From IMG/VR virus record IMGVR_UViG_3300045988_053677, positions 1-31,987 of that record: a stretch of DNA of 31,987 nt. One strand, written 5' to 3'. The notes beneath the pieces were generated by a model. The model saw only the letters and a list, made by a program, of their open reading frames with translations, did no database searches and had not been told where the DNA came from. Below, piece by piece: positions 1 to 9,206 of this stretch (positions are counted from its first letter, which is position 1; every line of letters starts with the position of its first letter). A program made the translations under genes and the position numbers. The stretch comes from a virus.

Positions 1-55
1 GAATACATGGGTATGAGTTGGTATTCAAACATACAGGCGGGGAATGTAGACATGC
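1..55. repeat. Terminal direct overlap: nt 1-55 are identical to nt 31933-31987, so the window is a closed circle (or circularly permuted genome) with a 31,932-bp unit
   Basis: Read directly: GAATACATGGGTATGAGTTGGTATTCAAACATACAGGCGGGGAATGTAGACATGC occurs at both ends. An open reading frame continues across the join in phase. Confidence 0.95.
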
Positions 56-227
56 CGGTGAAAACCTTGCTTGGCGAACCGACAACACTGTAGGTACTAC
101 ACGAGACGCCTTTAACTGGTGGATGAGCTCAGAGCCTCATCGTAAAGCTATACAAGATTCTAAATACACGAAAACGGGCATAGGAATAAACAAAGATGTC
201 GTAGTCCAGCACTTCTGCCAACCATAA
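3..227 (+). CDS. CAP/SCP (YkwD-like) secreted protein, C-terminal part; continues from the ORF starting at 31623 across the circular junction
   Basis: The frame of 31623.. maps onto codons 3,6,..18 here. Motifs GENLAW and WMSSEPHRKAI...KTGIGI are typical of the CAP/YkwD family. Stop TAA at 225-227. Confidence 0.8.
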   Translation: MHGYELVFKHTGGECRHAGENLAWRTDNTVGTTRDAFNWWMSSEPHRKAIQDSKYTKTGIGINKDVVVQHFCQP

Positions 228-249
228 ATAACATCTTCTACTGAGTCTC

Positions 250-277
250 TCTCCTTATAAAAATAAGGAGATTTTTT
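250..277 (+). terminator. Rho-independent terminator whose 3' arm contains the Shine-Dalgarno of the next gene
   Basis: TCTCCTTA (250-257) / TAAGGAGA (264-271) form a perfect 8-bp stem with a 6-nt loop, followed by T6 (272-277) and then ATG at 278. Confidence 0.7.
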
Positions 278-1486
278 ATGGGCTATAGAAGTTGGTTACA
301 AGGTTATGTAAACAATCACCCAGATCAAAACACAAGGTCTCAAGGACAAGGGTTGCTAAACGTCGTCGGCGATGACATGGGTATCGACCGTAACTTTCTA
401 TCTGGCAATGTAGGCAATGGTGGCAATTTTCGTAAAACAGGATGGTTTGGTAATCACACCTGGGTAAAAGGCGGTAATGGTGCTCTATATAAAAATGACG
501 AAATTAGTGGCATTAATGACCGTTTTAAGCAGCTGTATTATGCGGATATGGCTAGGGCTGGCCAAACAGGCAATAACGACCAAGGAGACAACACTCAAGG
601 TCCTGGCGGCGGAGGTGGCGGCGGTGGCGGTTTCAACCCATTCGCTGCTCAAGAAGCTAGAAACAAGGCAGACGCTATCGCTAAGTACGATGACGAGATT
701 AACCAAGCTAACTCAGCTATCAACCGTCTAGGCGGGCAGGAAGCCGTCGGTATTGCTAATGCTGGAAAAGCTAAAGACCGCGCATGGCAAGAAAACGAAA
801 ACAGCTTCAATGAGTCAACTGGTCGTTACAACATGAACACCAAAGACGCAATTGACAATATTAAAAAGACACGCGACCAAATCGAAAGCGACACAGCAAC
901 TAAGGTTCGCTCAGCTAAGGGTATTCTAGCGGCTGGTGGTGCAGGAGATAGCTCATTCGCTAAGACTGTAGCACCTTATGAGATCGCTAAAGCCGCCTCA
1001 AAGCAGCAAGGCGAAGCTCAGGACGCATACGCTAAGAACCGTCGAGATATGGACGTCAATTATTTCGCAGTGAAGAATGCTTACAACAAAAACAAAGACG
1101 ACATTCAGAGCGAATATGACAACCGTGTGAACAGCGTGAAGCAAAAGGTGGCACAATCTCGTGCTGAACTACTAGACCGCATTAGAAGCGCTAACGTGGG
1201 CAAACAGACGGCAAATGGTTCAAGTATGGCAGCTGCTATCGCAAGCCAGCAAGGTACACGCGACCAAATCAACCGTTTGGGCACAGAAGTTGACGAATTA
1301 GGACGTGATCGCAGTATTCCTATCCAAAAAGTGGACTGGAAAGCACCAGACCTTGCGACATACGACCCTAAGGACGTTACTGTCAAGGATAATTCAGAGA
1401 TTGGTGGTGTAAATGATGAGATTTCACCAAACTTGCGCCCAATCTTAAGCGACGAAGAGAAAAAGAAAAAGCAAGAATTAATGTAG
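278..1486 (+). CDS. Hypothetical virion protein with a Gly9 run and long coiled-coil-like Q/K/A/D-rich region; possible internal/ejection protein
   Basis: 402-aa ORF with SD AAGGAG 7 nt upstream. Nine consecutive Gly codons at 605-631. It lies directly upstream of the giant virion-module gene. No recognised catalytic motif. Confidence 0.6.
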   Translation: MGYRSWLQGYVNNHPDQNTRSQGQGLLNVVGDDMGIDRNFLSGNVGNGGNFRKTGWFGNHTWVKGGNGALYKNDEISGINDRFKQLYYADMARAGQTGNNDQGDNTQGPGGGGGGGGGFNPFAAQEARNKADAIAKYDDEINQANSAINRLGGQEAVGIANAGKAKDRAWQENENSFNESTGRYNMNTKDAIDNIKKTRDQIESDTATKVRSAKGILAAGGAGDSSFAKTVAPYEIAKAASKQQGEAQDAYAKNRRDMDVNYFAVKNAYNKNKDDIQSEYDNRVNSVKQKVAQSRAELLDRIRSANVGKQTANGSSMAAAIASQQGTRDQINRLGTEVDELGRDRSIPIQKVDWKAPDLATYDPKDVTVKDNSEIGGVNDEISPNLRPILSDEEKKKKQELM

Positions 1487-1499
1487 GGAGTATTAGGAG

Positions 1500-4400
1500 A
1501 TGGATTTTTTTCAAAGAATAGGCAACTTTTTTCAAGGAAAGGGCTGGGTTAGTGATGAGGAAAAACGCCGTAAAGAACAGCAAACACAACCTCAGAATAA
1601 GCCAGCAGTTACTTTTAAGCAGGACCCTGTCTTAAATAACTTAAACAAGGCACCTAGCTTTGGTAGTCCATCTCCTACTCAAGGACTTTTTCAGCAAAAA
1701 CCTCAAACAGATACAGTACCTAAAACAGATACGGTACCTAAAGTAAATACAGTACCAACGGCAAATCAATTCACTAAGCCTGTTATTCCTGAGATTAAGC
1801 CAGAAATCCCTCAGAAGACTATAAATGACGCCCCTAAGGTACTGACCCCTCAAGGGCAACAAGACTGGGTAAACAAAGAAAACAAGCAAATCCAAACTCA
1901 AAACTTAGTAAACAAACCTATAATTACACCTAAAAAACCTACATATTTTGATTATTTGAACCCATTTGGCGAGCATGGTCTGTTCGGTGCAAAACAACAA
2001 CAAAACTTTAAGAGAACAATAGAAAAGCCAATCACAGACAATGTTAACAAGTTCAACAACTGGATTGACTCTTCAGATAAAGAAAAAGGATTCCAATGGA
2101 GCGACCCAGGAGATTATTTACGATTTGCAGCTAAAATACCTGGTGGTATGGTTCAAGGGCTAGCAGAAGCCCCAAGTAAAGCAGCTAACGCAATTACAGG
2201 TCTAGAAGCGGATGAGAACGGCAAAGTAAAGCAATTAAACGGTGTTCAGAGGTTCGGTAAAGGGCTGGATGCAGGCATTTCAGTAGGTGGATTAGGATTC
2301 GGCGGTTCAGGCACACTTCTTCGTAGCTTAGCAGGCAAGGCGACGGGTAATGTATTAAAAGAAGGCGCAAAACAGGGTATTGGTCGTACTGTATTAAATG
2401 GTACAAAAAACCTAGTTAAGGATTCACTTAAAGAAGGTGCAGAAGAAGTTACACAGACGTTTGCACAAGACCTAGCAGATGACGGCAAGATAAACATGAA
2501 TAAAGACGCCTATATCCAATCTGGGGCGTTTGGCGCTCTCGGAGGTGGTATGATGCATGGTGCTGGTCGTGCTGTAAATGGTGTAAAGGGAATGGTAGGA
2601 AATAGGATTAATCCCTATGGAGAGAATGGTGTTGGGATTAACAGACTATCTCCAAGCCAAATGAAATACAACGCAGCCGAAGTTGTGGGCGGCATAACTG
2701 GGGATACGAGAAAACGTCTCAGTCAAGCAGCTTTTGGTGATCTACAGAAGGCGCGAACTGGCAATCCGTACCGAACAAGCGATGGAATGGATGTGGAACT
2801 GAGTAAAGCAGGTAATAGAAAATACACGAGTACAGGAGCTCGTGCTATTAATGATAATTTTATAGTTAAACAGCGCTTGGCGCCTCAAATAGATGAGGTT
2901 ATTGCGAAGTCTAAGCTTATTGATAGCGCTGAAGACACCAAGAATCACGGAATAGCACCTGATGGGTTTGATTACAGAGAAATTCCTGTGCGATATAGGG
3001 GTAAAGATTATGTGTCAACAATAGATATTGCAAAGAATAATACAACAGGGCGCAATACTCTTTATGAAGGTAATGTGCGAAGCCAAGAAAAAAGCCACCC
3101 AGGTGACCTTAATGGTGCGCCCCGTGGACAAGCCGAACGGGGACTGGGCGACTTTTCTAATGAAAATGTAACACAAGAAGCCCAGAATGTCAATGAAGAC
3201 GTTAAATACAAGCTCAATCCAGAGTATGAAGCGCAAGTCAGAGCGTATAACGAACACATAACACGTCTACGCCAACGTGAAGAATACTTACGCGGTCAAG
3301 GAATGAGTGAAAATGCTCCAGCCATGATTAACCTACGTAAAGCTCAAGAGCAAGCTATATACGCCAGAGATCATATCGGTGAGGTAGATGAGAACGGATT
3401 GAAGTATAAATTAAGCCCAGAACAAGAAACGTTCTTTAAGGACTCTAAGATCCGAGACGAAAATGGCAATCTTAAGACTGTATACCACGGAACAAGCACA
3501 GACTTTAACCAGTTTGATCCTGATAAGATACAACAGGATAACTTGGGTAAAGGTTTTTACTTTACAGACAACAAAGACATAGCAGATAGTTACGCTAGCA
3601 GAAGGACTCGCGAAAGAGGGGGCGACCGCAAAGTTGTAGAGGCATTTTTGAACATTAAGAAGCCCTTCGATCTAAACTATCAGCCTAGAGAGGTTGCTTT
3701 GGATTATTTAACCCATTACTTTTTAAGCCAGGGTAAAACTAAAGAAATGGCGCTAAGGAATGCTGAGGATCTCTTAAACAGCAGTTTAGCTAGCGGTGAT
3801 ATTGTAGATAATAATTACGATATTGTGTTTGACACTAGCGAGCCAGAATTCCAAACTTGGGCAAGAAATAATGGCTATGATGGATTAATAGTCCCAGGCA
3901 GAGATAAAGCAAGTGGGGCAAGTGGCGACGCTGTTGTTGCCTTCAAGCCAGAACAGATCAAATACACCGATAACCTAAGTCCAACTGACAATCCAGATAT
4001 GCGGTATAAGCTAGGTGCCAAAATGCAGGAGTTAGCTAGCCAAAACAAGCTACTAGCACGCCACCTACAACTGACAGGCGATGAAAACCTTGTCTTCAAT
4101 GAGTGGCAGAATGAAATGCAGAAGAAAGCATTAGGCTACTACGATCCAAAGACTGACCAAATCAACCTAAATAAGCTTACAGAAGACACTCTAAACCACG
4201 AATTAGGACATAAATTACTTACCCGAGTAGAGAACAAACAAGACCTATTAAACTCTATCCGTGAGTCTTATGGAGATGAATATTTAATAAACAAATATGG
4301 CAGTCAATATGGAAACGACCTAAACCTACTAGCAGAAGAGCAACTAGCCGACGGATTCAGCGATTATTATAACGGAAGATTAAAGGGTGAAGATAAAGTA

Positions 4401-7400
4401 CGTCTAGGTACTAGATTAGGTATTCCTCAAAAAGTCTTAGCAATATATGACCGAATTACTGAAGCTATTATGGGACTCGTTGGTAAACAAGACGCTATTA
4501 AACAATTCTACGCTCAAATGGAGACGGGGAAGTTCAAAAACGAGGTGTTCGGAAATACCGAACAGTTGCCAGCGTATAAGCTTCAGGAAACTATTAACGA
4601 AATGGAAGCCAAACCTAAACCTAGAATGACTAGGGAGCTAAGGGATGCTATAGACGAGTTTATATATGAGAATATAGATCCAAAACTGTTCTTAGAGCAT
4701 AATGACACAAATATCCTCGGAAGTCATGGATTGACGTGGAGTATCCCACGCCTACATGTAGACGACCTAAAACACTACCTAGGAAAGGAGTTGGCTGGAG
4801 ACCTACCGTCTAACTATAAACGCCGTACTGGTAAGCGAGATATCGATACAGTAGCTCAGGAAATGGGATATGACGACATCGATACGTTTATCGATGAAAT
4901 TAAGCGAGTAGCTGAAGCACGTCGTGCAGAAAGAGAGCGAAAAGCCCTATTGGCAGAGTGGCGTAGGGATCCAGATGTCATTGAAGAAGCTCAGAAGATG
5001 CTTGCAGAGCGTCATGCCGAAGAAGCTAAGGTAGAGGCTGAGAAGAAAATAGAAGAAGCTCAGATGATTGCAGAGCGACATGTAGAAGAAACACCCAAAC
5101 CACCGACAAACGCAGAAAGGGTCTCTTCTATTGAACCAGCTGACATTAATAATGATGACTACGTAAACGAGCTAGTCAAAGATCAAAGAGCAGCCCGTAA
5201 AGGCGAACAACCTACCCTTAGAGAGCGTTGGCAAGACTTCAAAGCAGATATGCGTGAGAAATTCGTGGACAGATTTGCCCCAATCGAAGATAGAATTAAA
5301 AATCAATCTGAACAATTAGAAATGCGAAACGCCCTGGATAGGACTTTGCGTGCAGACGGTATATCAGAAGCGTTTATTCGAGATAACAATTTTGATAAGT
5401 TAATTACTGGATTTAAGAATAAAAAAGAATTACAAACGTTTGAACAGGCGTTAATTGCTAAGCACGCCCTGGAATTAGAATCTAATGGAGTAGAAACAGG
5501 ACGAGATCTTGCAAAAGATAAAGCTCTTATAAAAGCTACGGATAAGCGATTCGCCAAAGAATTCAAACAAGTAAGAGAATATTCTGATAAAATTTTACAG
5601 CAAACAGTAGATTACGGACTTATCAGTCAAGATACTGCCAATTATTTGAGGAAGAAATATCCAGACTACATACCGTTTGACCGTATATTCTCTGACAAAG
5701 AAATAAACACTCAAATGAAACATGGAGTAGGTGTTGGAGAAGCTAGTTTAAGCACTCAGAGTATTATCCAACGTATTGAAGGGTCATCTCGATTAATCGA
5801 TAGCCCATTAAACGCATTGATTACAAAAACTCAAGACATGGTTCGACAGGGTGAACGCAATAAAACAGCTGAGCTTCTAGCAAGTTACGCTAAAGACCCT
5901 AAGAACCCATTCCAATTACGAGAATTAAAGCCTGATGAGAGTGCAGATGGACGACCAACTATCAGCTACTTAGATAATGGTAAAAAGCGTACATTCTTAG
6001 CCGCTCCTGAAGTAGCTAAAGCCGCTAAAAATATGAACCGTGAGCAGATGAATATCGTATTAAGAGCTTTGGCAACACCTGCTCGTGTGCTGAGAATGGG
6101 CGCAACGACAGTCAACGCAGGCTTTACTATGGCTAACGTCGTAAAGGACTTTGTGGGCGCTACTATCAACTCTAAGGGCGGGATTAATTCAATGAACCCT
6201 AAGACTCTTGCTGAGGCGATAGGTGCAGGATTCCACCATAAGGGCGATCTTTATTTAGAAATGCAACGAGAAGGTGTAGTGGGTAATAGTTATGAAATCC
6301 TACGCAACGCCTCTGAATTAAATCTAAATGAGATACGTAGCCATAAGAATCTGGCTACACGAGCTCTTCATAACCTAAAATCACCACTACGAACACTAGA
6401 AAACACTATTGGGCGCAGTGAAGATATCGGACGAGCAATTCAGTATGTCTCAAATAAAAAATACGCCAAGCGAAAAGGCATGAGTGAATCTGAAGCCGTG
6501 AAGTTTGCAGCCGACCAAGCAAGGTGGAACTCTACAAACTTTGCCAGAAGCGGAACATACGGCAAAACTATAAACGCTGTAGTGCCTTACTCAAATGCAA
6601 ATATCCAAGGTCAACGTATTACCTTACGTCGAATGAAAGAAAACCCAGTAAGGTATACAGCAAAAATCACTATGGGAGTAGTAGCCCCAACAATTGCCGT
6701 TCTAGCATGGAACTACGCTGACGAAGACCGCAAAAAAGTCATGGAGAATATCCCTGACTATGTGAAAGAAAATAACGTAGTCGTTGTTGGCCGTAATGCG
6801 AAATACAACAAAGAACAAAACAAGTGGGAAGGTGTATATCTAGTACCAGTACCACCTCAATTCTCACCACTTCACCGCCAATTAAATAATATGGTAGCAA
6901 GTACGATGGCAGGCAAGAAGTTCGATATGGTAAAAACTGGTGGAGATGCAGTGGAGCAGATTACGACAGTCAACCCAACCGAATTAAGGCGAACAGGTGC
7001 TCAATATATACCACAAGCCGCAAAACCACTAGTAGAGTTATTTGCTAATAAGAATCTGTTTACAGGTCAAGAAATTGTACCAGAAGCAATGAAAAACCTT
7101 GAACAGAAAGACCAGTGGGATAGTAGCACGAGCCTCACAGCCCGAAAAGTCGGTGAACTTACAGGTCTTAGCCCTAAGCAAATAGACAACGCGTTTAGAA
7201 CGTCTACAGCGGGCGGTGGACAGAACCTGCTTCACGGTATGGATTTTGCTATAGCAAAGGCTACAGGGGCTTCTGATGACGAAATAAAGGGTAGAAGTAT
7301 GTTAGACTCAGTCGTTGGACGATTCTACGCGCCAAAAGGTACAAGCCAAAGTTCATACTTCTACCAATCATTAGAACAAGCCTCTAAGGATAATAAGCTT

Positions 7401-8450
7401 GTCGGTGACGATTTAGCATTCTTCAAGGCTCTAACTACTCGAAAATACAACGGAGACGGTAGCGTAGAGGGCAAAACAGAGGGTGATGTCTTAATGAACA
7501 ACCGAATTCTAGCAAATAAGCCAAACATAGTTAAAGCCCTCAGTGAGGCGGCTAAGTGGCGCTCAGCACAAACAGGTGAAGAGCTAGACCCTCTATACAA
7601 ACTCCCAGTCGACAAACAACAGTACTTCTATCACTTACAAGGTTCACCAAAGAACGGTGCCGAGCAGAGAAAACTGAAACAAGACGCACCTTGGCTAGAA
7701 GATTTCCAAAAAGAAAGAAGTGCATACTTTAAGCGTCAAGACTTCAAGTCTGGAAAGAGTAATCGAGTACCTTATCCAGAGGTAAGTGATGAACTACAAG
7801 CCACTCTAAAAACATATCACGATATGCCAAGTAGCCCTCAGAAATGGGCATTCTTGGACGCTCACCCTGAATTATCTGATCACTACAAACAAATAGAGGA
7901 TTACAACAATAAGGTGAGAGAGGCTCAAGGCTACGCTCCACTGCGAACCCGCCCACAGCAAAGTCAGTACGTAAAAATGCAAATGGCTAATAAAAACTGG
8001 CGAGACCCTGCCGTTGCTAAATATTTACAGGATCTGAATGTTTACAACATCACGAATTCGGCTTCTCTGGCAGAAATGCAAGGCGAAGAACTATCTCCTA
8101 AAGCCCTAAAGGCTATACAGAGTGTAGGAAAGTATGGACTAGTTAAGAATCCAGACGGAACATTCGCTCTTAAATACCCAGACGGTCAAGGTACTAACGA
8201 ATCTCATATTCAAGCAGGCGCTGTAGATATGAGTAGCTTCGGCAGGAGAAGAGGCGGAAGAGGTGGCTCATCAAACGGTGGTATCAAAACTTCTACAGAC
8301 ACCCTTAAACTGTCAAACGCTACAGCTCTAGGTATGAATGCCTTCAAAAAGAATAAGGGCGGGTTACCACAGTTCTCAGTTAGGGCTATTCAGAAGAGCG
8401 ACCTATTAAAATCACGCAAACCAAGGAGCAGGGCAGTTACATTTAGGTAG
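1500..8450 (+). CDS. Giant (2,316 aa) polyvalent protein: low-complexity N-terminus, ART-like (ADP-ribosyltransferase of polyvalent proteins) domain, HExxH metallopeptidase-like domain, charged coiled coil, ~1,000-aa C-terminal region; probable packaged/ejected effector
   Basis: Uninterrupted ORF with SD AGGAG upstream. aa ~634-825 (nt ~3399-3975) read FFKDSKIRDENGNLKTVYHGT...GKGFYFT...VVAFKPEQIKYTDN, matching my memory of the ART-PolyVal family. HELGH is at aa 900-904 (nt 4197-4211). The gene sits in the virion module. Confidence 0.75.
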   Translation: MDFFQRIGNFFQGKGWVSDEEKRRKEQQTQPQNKPAVTFKQDPVLNNLNKAPSFGSPSPTQGLFQQKPQTDTVPKTDTVPKVNTVPTANQFTKPVIPEIKPEIPQKTINDAPKVLTPQGQQDWVNKENKQIQTQNLVNKPIITPKKPTYFDYLNPFGEHGLFGAKQQQNFKRTIEKPITDNVNKFNNWIDSSDKEKGFQWSDPGDYLRFAAKIPGGMVQGLAEAPSKAANAITGLEADENGKVKQLNGVQRFGKGLDAGISVGGLGFGGSGTLLRSLAGKATGNVLKEGAKQGIGRTVLNGTKNLVKDSLKEGAEEVTQTFAQDLADDGKINMNKDAYIQSGAFGALGGGMMHGAGRAVNGVKGMVGNRINPYGENGVGINRLSPSQMKYNAAEVVGGITGDTRKRLSQAAFGDLQKARTGNPYRTSDGMDVELSKAGNRKYTSTGARAINDNFIVKQRLAPQIDEVIAKSKLIDSAEDTKNHGIAPDGFDYREIPVRYRGKDYVSTIDIAKNNTTGRNTLYEGNVRSQEKSHPGDLNGAPRGQAERGLGDFSNENVTQEAQNVNEDVKYKLNPEYEAQVRAYNEHITRLRQREEYLRGQGMSENAPAMINLRKAQEQAIYARDHIGEVDENGLKYKLSPEQETFFKDSKIRDENGNLKTVYHGTSTDFNQFDPDKIQQDNLGKGFYFTDNKDIADSYASRRTRERGGDRKVVEAFLNIKKPFDLNYQPREVALDYLTHYFLSQGKTKEMALRNAEDLLNSSLASGDIVDNNYDIVFDTSEPEFQTWARNNGYDGLIVPGRDKASGASGDAVVAFKPEQIKYTDNLSPTDNPDMRYKLGAKMQELASQNKLLARHLQLTGDENLVFNEWQNEMQKKALGYYDPKTDQINLNKLTEDTLNHELGHKLLTRVENKQDLLNSIRESYGDEYLINKYGSQYGNDLNLLAEEQLADGFSDYYNGRLKGEDKVRLGTRLGIPQKVLAIYDRITEAIMGLVGKQDAIKQFYAQMETGKFKNEVFGNTEQLPAYKLQETINEMEAKPKPRMTRELRDAIDEFIYENIDPKLFLEHNDTNILGSHGLTWSIPRLHVDDLKHYLGKELAGDLPSNYKRRTGKRDIDTVAQEMGYDDIDTFIDEIKRVAEARRAERERKALLAEWRRDPDVIEEAQKMLAERHAEEAKVEAEKKIEEAQMIAERHVEETPKPPTNAERVSSIEPADINNDDYVNELVKDQRAARKGEQPTLRERWQDFKADMREKFVDRFAPIEDRIKNQSEQLEMRNALDRTLRADGISEAFIRDNNFDKLITGFKNKKELQTFEQALIAKHALELESNGVETGRDLAKDKALIKATDKRFAKEFKQVREYSDKILQQTVDYGLISQDTANYLRKKYPDYIPFDRIFSDKEINTQMKHGVGVGEASLSTQSIIQRIEGSSRLIDSPLNALITKTQDMVRQGERNKTAELLASYAKDPKNPFQLRELKPDESADGRPTISYLDNGKKRTFLAAPEVAKAAKNMNREQMNIVLRALATPARVLRMGATTVNAGFTMANVVKDFVGATINSKGGINSMNPKTLAEAIGAGFHHKGDLYLEMQREGVVGNSYEILRNASELNLNEIRSHKNLATRALHNLKSPLRTLENTIGRSEDIGRAIQYVSNKKYAKRKGMSESEAVKFAADQARWNSTNFARSGTYGKTINAVVPYSNANIQGQRITLRRMKENPVRYTAKITMGVVAPTIAVLAWNYADEDRKKVMENIPDYVKENNVVVVGRNAKYNKEQNKWEGVYLVPVPPQFSPLHRQLNNMVASTMAGKKFDMVKTGGDAVEQITTVNPTELRRTGAQYIPQAAKPLVELFANKNLFTGQEIVPEAMKNLEQKDQWDSSTSLTARKVGELTGLSPKQIDNAFRTSTAGGGQNLLHGMDFAIAKATGASDDEIKGRSMLDSVVGRFYAPKGTSQSSYFYQSLEQASKDNKLVGDDLAFFKALTTRKYNGDGSVEGKTEGDVLMNNRILANKPNIVKALSEAAKWRSAQTGEELDPLYKLPVDKQQYFYHLQGSPKNGAEQRKLKQDAPWLEDFQKERSAYFKRQDFKSGKSNRVPYPEVSDELQATLKTYHDMPSSPQKWAFLDAHPELSDHYKQIEDYNNKVREAQGYAPLRTRPQQSQYVKMQMANKNWRDPAVAKYLQDLNVYNITNSASLAEMQGEELSPKALKAIQSVGKYGLVKNPDGTFALKYPDGQGTNESHIQAGAVDMSSFGRRRGGRGGSSNGGIKTSTDTLKLSNATALGMNAFKKNKGGLPQFSVRAIQKSDLLKSRKPRSRAVTFR

Positions 8451-8582
8451 TTTTGTGGTAAAATAAGAATAATTCTAATCCACCGAAGTGCTTGGCGATT
8501 GGATACATAAAAATAACAAGTGGTTATTTGTGTATTCGCTCCCAAGCACTTTTTCATGAATAACCACGGAAAGGTGGATTTC

Positions 8583-9206
8583 ATGAATTTATCAGAGGTG
8601 ATAAATCTTGCCTACCAAATGGCAACAGGAAAAACAAAAACACTAAGTGTGGGTAACTCTAAATATGAGAGGATGCTCAATATCGCTAACATGGCAAATA
8701 TGCAATGGGAAAGCGAGCCAGACGTTATATGGGGTTCATTGTGTGAAGATAGGGAAATAGGTGTAATTGACGATAATACGTCATACAAGCTTCCAGAAGA
8801 CGTTAGAACAGTAGATTTCCGTAAGTTTATAACACTAAAGAAAGACGATAAGACTTGGACTATCCCATTTATCTCCCCTCAGCTGTTTAAGAACGGTTGT
8901 TATGGCGCTTTACAGCTAGGTTGGAAGTTAGATTTTAATGGATTAACTGAAGAAATGAAGGGCGCGAAAATCATTGCGCCAGTTATTCGTCGTACTAAAA
9001 AATTGGTAGAACCAGAAGACAAAGTAGAAGTAGATGACCCTTATTGGCTAATTTATATGATGGCTGCTGAGTTCGTTAGAAATAGCCGCACCAAATCTAA
9101 TCAATACGGGAATCTAGTTACTCTAGCTCAATCTTCTATGGCAGGGATGAAGAGTCGCAATGGTTATAAGTTTGACGAAGTAATTCGAGAGGATGTTTGG
9201 ATATGA
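8583..9206 (+). CDS. Hypothetical virion protein (~207 aa); size and position are compatible with a tail adaptor / tubular-A-like protein
   Basis: ATG 8583 follows AAGGTGGA. The upstream extension to 8520 in the ORF track lacks an SD. No motif recognised. Confidence 0.5.
   Translation: MNLSEVINLAYQMATGKTKTLSVGNSKYERMLNIANMANMQWESEPDVIWGSLCEDREIGVIDDNTSYKLPEDVRTVDFRKFITLKKDDKTWTIPFISPQLFKNGCYGALQLGWKLDFNGLTEEMKGAKIIAPVIRRTKKLVEPEDKVEVDDPYWLIYMMAAEFVRNSRTKSNQYGNLVTLAQSSMAGMKSRNGYKFDEVIREDVWI

Noticed and set aside
477-1589. Overlapping ORFs 477-731(+), 485-706(-), 1105-1386(-) and 1383-1589(-)
   Set aside because: They are nested in or overlap the 402-aa gene, or span the junction with the next gene. 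They have no translation signals and are shadow ORFs.
1707-1760. Three 18-bp tandem units (ACAGATACAGTACCTAAA-like) and the 605-631 GGN run as possible contingency or phase-variation repeats
   Set aside because: The unit lengths are multiples of three, so copy-number change would not shift the frame. They encode low-complexity linkers (TDTVPK x3, Gly9). They are noted as slippage-prone, but no regulatory role is inferred.
1641-8584. Numerous 60-93-aa minus-strand and alternative-frame ORFs inside the giant gene (for example 2246-2497, 5303-5566, 7361-7615)
   Set aside because: All are nested within or overlap a long, motif-bearing + strand ORF. They lack SD sequences and have the Ser/Leu/Cys/Arg-rich composition typical of antisense translation.
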